Shown here: positions 62,839 through 64,000 of the stretch, piece after piece
Position numbering within the stretch: position 1 is the first letter of the stretch
Layout: the number at the start of each line of letters is the position of its first letter
Assembly: GCA_021774575.1 (NCBI GenBank)
Contig: JAJFIX010000031.1
Location: 28,264-92,263, forward strand
Origin: Alphaproteobacteria bacterium
GTDB lineage: Bacteria > Pseudomonadota > Alphaproteobacteria > UBA6615
DNA length: 64,000 nt
Direction: 5' to 3'
Made by a program: the position numbers and the translations under genes
The notes under the pieces: generated by a model
What the model saw: only the letters and a program-made list of their open reading frames with translations
Told to the model about the DNA's origin: nothing
Database searches by the model: none

Positions 62839-62858
62839 CCTGGCCCAATTGGGCCAGG
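62839..62858. promoter_or_regulatory. Perfect 20-bp palindrome CCTGGCCCAATTGGGCCAGG at the predicted transcription start of the Gfo/Idh/MocA gene
   Basis: Self-complementary; just downstream of minus-strand TTGCGG-N17-TATGAA (62889-62861). Confidence 0.55.
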
Positions 62859-62914
62859 GTTTCATATCGAAAAGGGGGGCGCGCCGCAAGGCCGAGGACA
62901 CGGGGCAAGCCCGG

Positions 62915-63892
62915 TTACGGAACCAGAATGATCGATCCGGTGGTTTTTCGTCCGGCAAGGTCGATATGCGCCTGTGCGGCGTCTTCCAGCGCGTATTTAC
63001 GGCTGATATCAACGCTGAGAGTCTCGTTTCCGATGAGATCAAAGACCTCCCGTGCCATGGCGGCGGCCTTTGCCTTTGTATCGATAAAATGTTTCAACGA
63101 TGTCTTACCGAAAAACAGAGATTTTTTGTTTAGCGCCATGGCGTCGATTGGCGGTAGCAAACCCGACGCATGTCCAAAATTGATAAAAAATCCGGTCGGT
63201 GCGAGTGCGGCAATATTGCCGCCAAACGTATCCTTGCCGATGCTGTCATAGACAACGTTGACGCCCTTTCCGTCAGTAATTTTTTCGACCGTTGGCGCGA
63301 ATGGTTTGGTTGAATAGTCGATGACATGATCACAGCCAGCGGCGCGCGCGGCCGATATCTTGGCAGGGCCCCCAACCGTGCCAATGACCGTCGCGCCGAG
63401 ATGTTTCGACCATTGGCATAGCAGCGACCCCATACCCCCGGCGGCCGCATGAACCAGGACTGTATCGCCTTCGTTTACACGATAAGTCTGGCGCAATAGA
63501 TATTGGGCGGTAAGCCCGCGCAGCAGGGCCGCCGCGGCAACTTCTTCGCTGATGCCGTCGGGTAATTTAACCAGTCGATCTGCGGCGATCAGACGCTCGC
63601 TGGTATAGGCGCCCATGGAGAAGAGATAGGCCACTCGGTCGCCAACAGCTACGTTTTCGACGCCGTCACCAATCTGAGCAACGATGCCGGCGCCATCCAA
63701 CCCGATCGCCGACGGCAGGTCCGGTTTGAGAAAATAGGTGCCTTGGCGGGTCAAAATATCGGCAAAATGTACCGCCGCGGCTGTTTGCGTGATCCGAACC
63801 TCACCGGACCCCGGATCGCCAATATCGACTTCACTAACGTGCAGGTTTTCCGGACCGCCAAAGGCGTCAATTACAACCGACCGTGCCATCAT
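62915..63892 (-). CDS. qor: NADPH:quinone oxidoreductase (zeta-crystallin/MDR family)
   Basis: GGPENL, GDRVAY, GLTAQYLL, HAAAGGMG, VYDSIGKDTF, RKTTGSIILVP. Confidence 0.88.
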   Translation of the reverse strand: MMARSVVIDAFGGPENLHVSEVDIGDPGSGEVRITQTAAAVHFADILTRQGTYFLKPDLPSAIGLDGAGIVAQIGDGVENVAVGDRVAYLFSMGAYTSERLIAADRLVKLPDGISEEVAAAALLRGLTAQYLLRQTYRVNEGDTVLVHAAAGGMGSLLCQWSKHLGATVIGTVGGPAKISAARAAGCDHVIDYSTKPFAPTVEKITDGKGVNVVYDSIGKDTFGGNIAALAPTGFFINFGHASGLLPPIDAMALNKKSLFFGKTSLKHFIDTKAKAAAMAREVFDLIGNETLSVDISRKYALEDAAQAHIDLAGRKTTGSIILVP

Positions 63893-63907
63893 TTCTCCTT
63901 AAAAGGA

Positions 63908-64000
63908 TTATAGTCTGCCGAGCATTATCAGCTCTTCGCGTGCACCGGTATTCTGCAACCAAGTTTCCAAATCTTGGTCCAGCGTCTGCTCAAATAAATC
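63908..64000 (-). CDS. C-terminal end of an unidentified CDS (starts beyond the window)
   Basis: Open frame DLFEQTLDQDLETWLQNTGAREELIMLGRL*, ending 15 bp before qor and its AAGGAG RBS. Confidence 0.5.
   Translation of the reverse strand, partial: DLFEQTLDQDLETWLQNTGAREELIMLGRL

Overview
Chromosomal window from an alphaproteobacterium, probably Rhodospirillales-like (judged from gene order and protein style). About 1-48 kb is conserved core genome: bamA(3' end)-skp-lpxD-fabZ-lpxA-lpxI-lpxB; gltX-gltA; comEC; ppiD-trpEGDC-moaC-moeA and lexA; tpiA-secG-pyrG-kdsA-eno-ftsB-pdhABC-lpdA-lipA-ratA; ispDF-pgpA-cinA; dusB-ntrBC-ntrYX-trkA-dat-hfq-hflX; icd. About 48-64 kb is accessory. It holds a PadR-MFP-RND efflux operon and a TRAP transporter (binding protein lacking the canonical carboxylate-binding Arg, fused DctQM) followed by two paralogous SDRs. 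Converging on these is a three-gene cobalt nitrile hydratase/thiocyanate hydrolase-like operon (split beta subunit, CTLCSCYPR metal site) with an alpha/beta hydrolase; a Gfo/Idh/MocA oxidoreductase and a quinone oxidoreductase lie beyond. The 54.5-61.6 kb block is the best candidate for an uncharacterised uptake/catabolic system. Non-coding signals include an alphaproteobacterial SOS box and a perfect CtrA box at the lexA promoter, NtrC-like boxes at dusB, a PadR-type operator, terminators and short tandem duplications, several of which include a stop codon. No rRNA, tRNA, CRISPR array, IS element or prophage was recognised. All family calls come from motif recognition; no database search was run.
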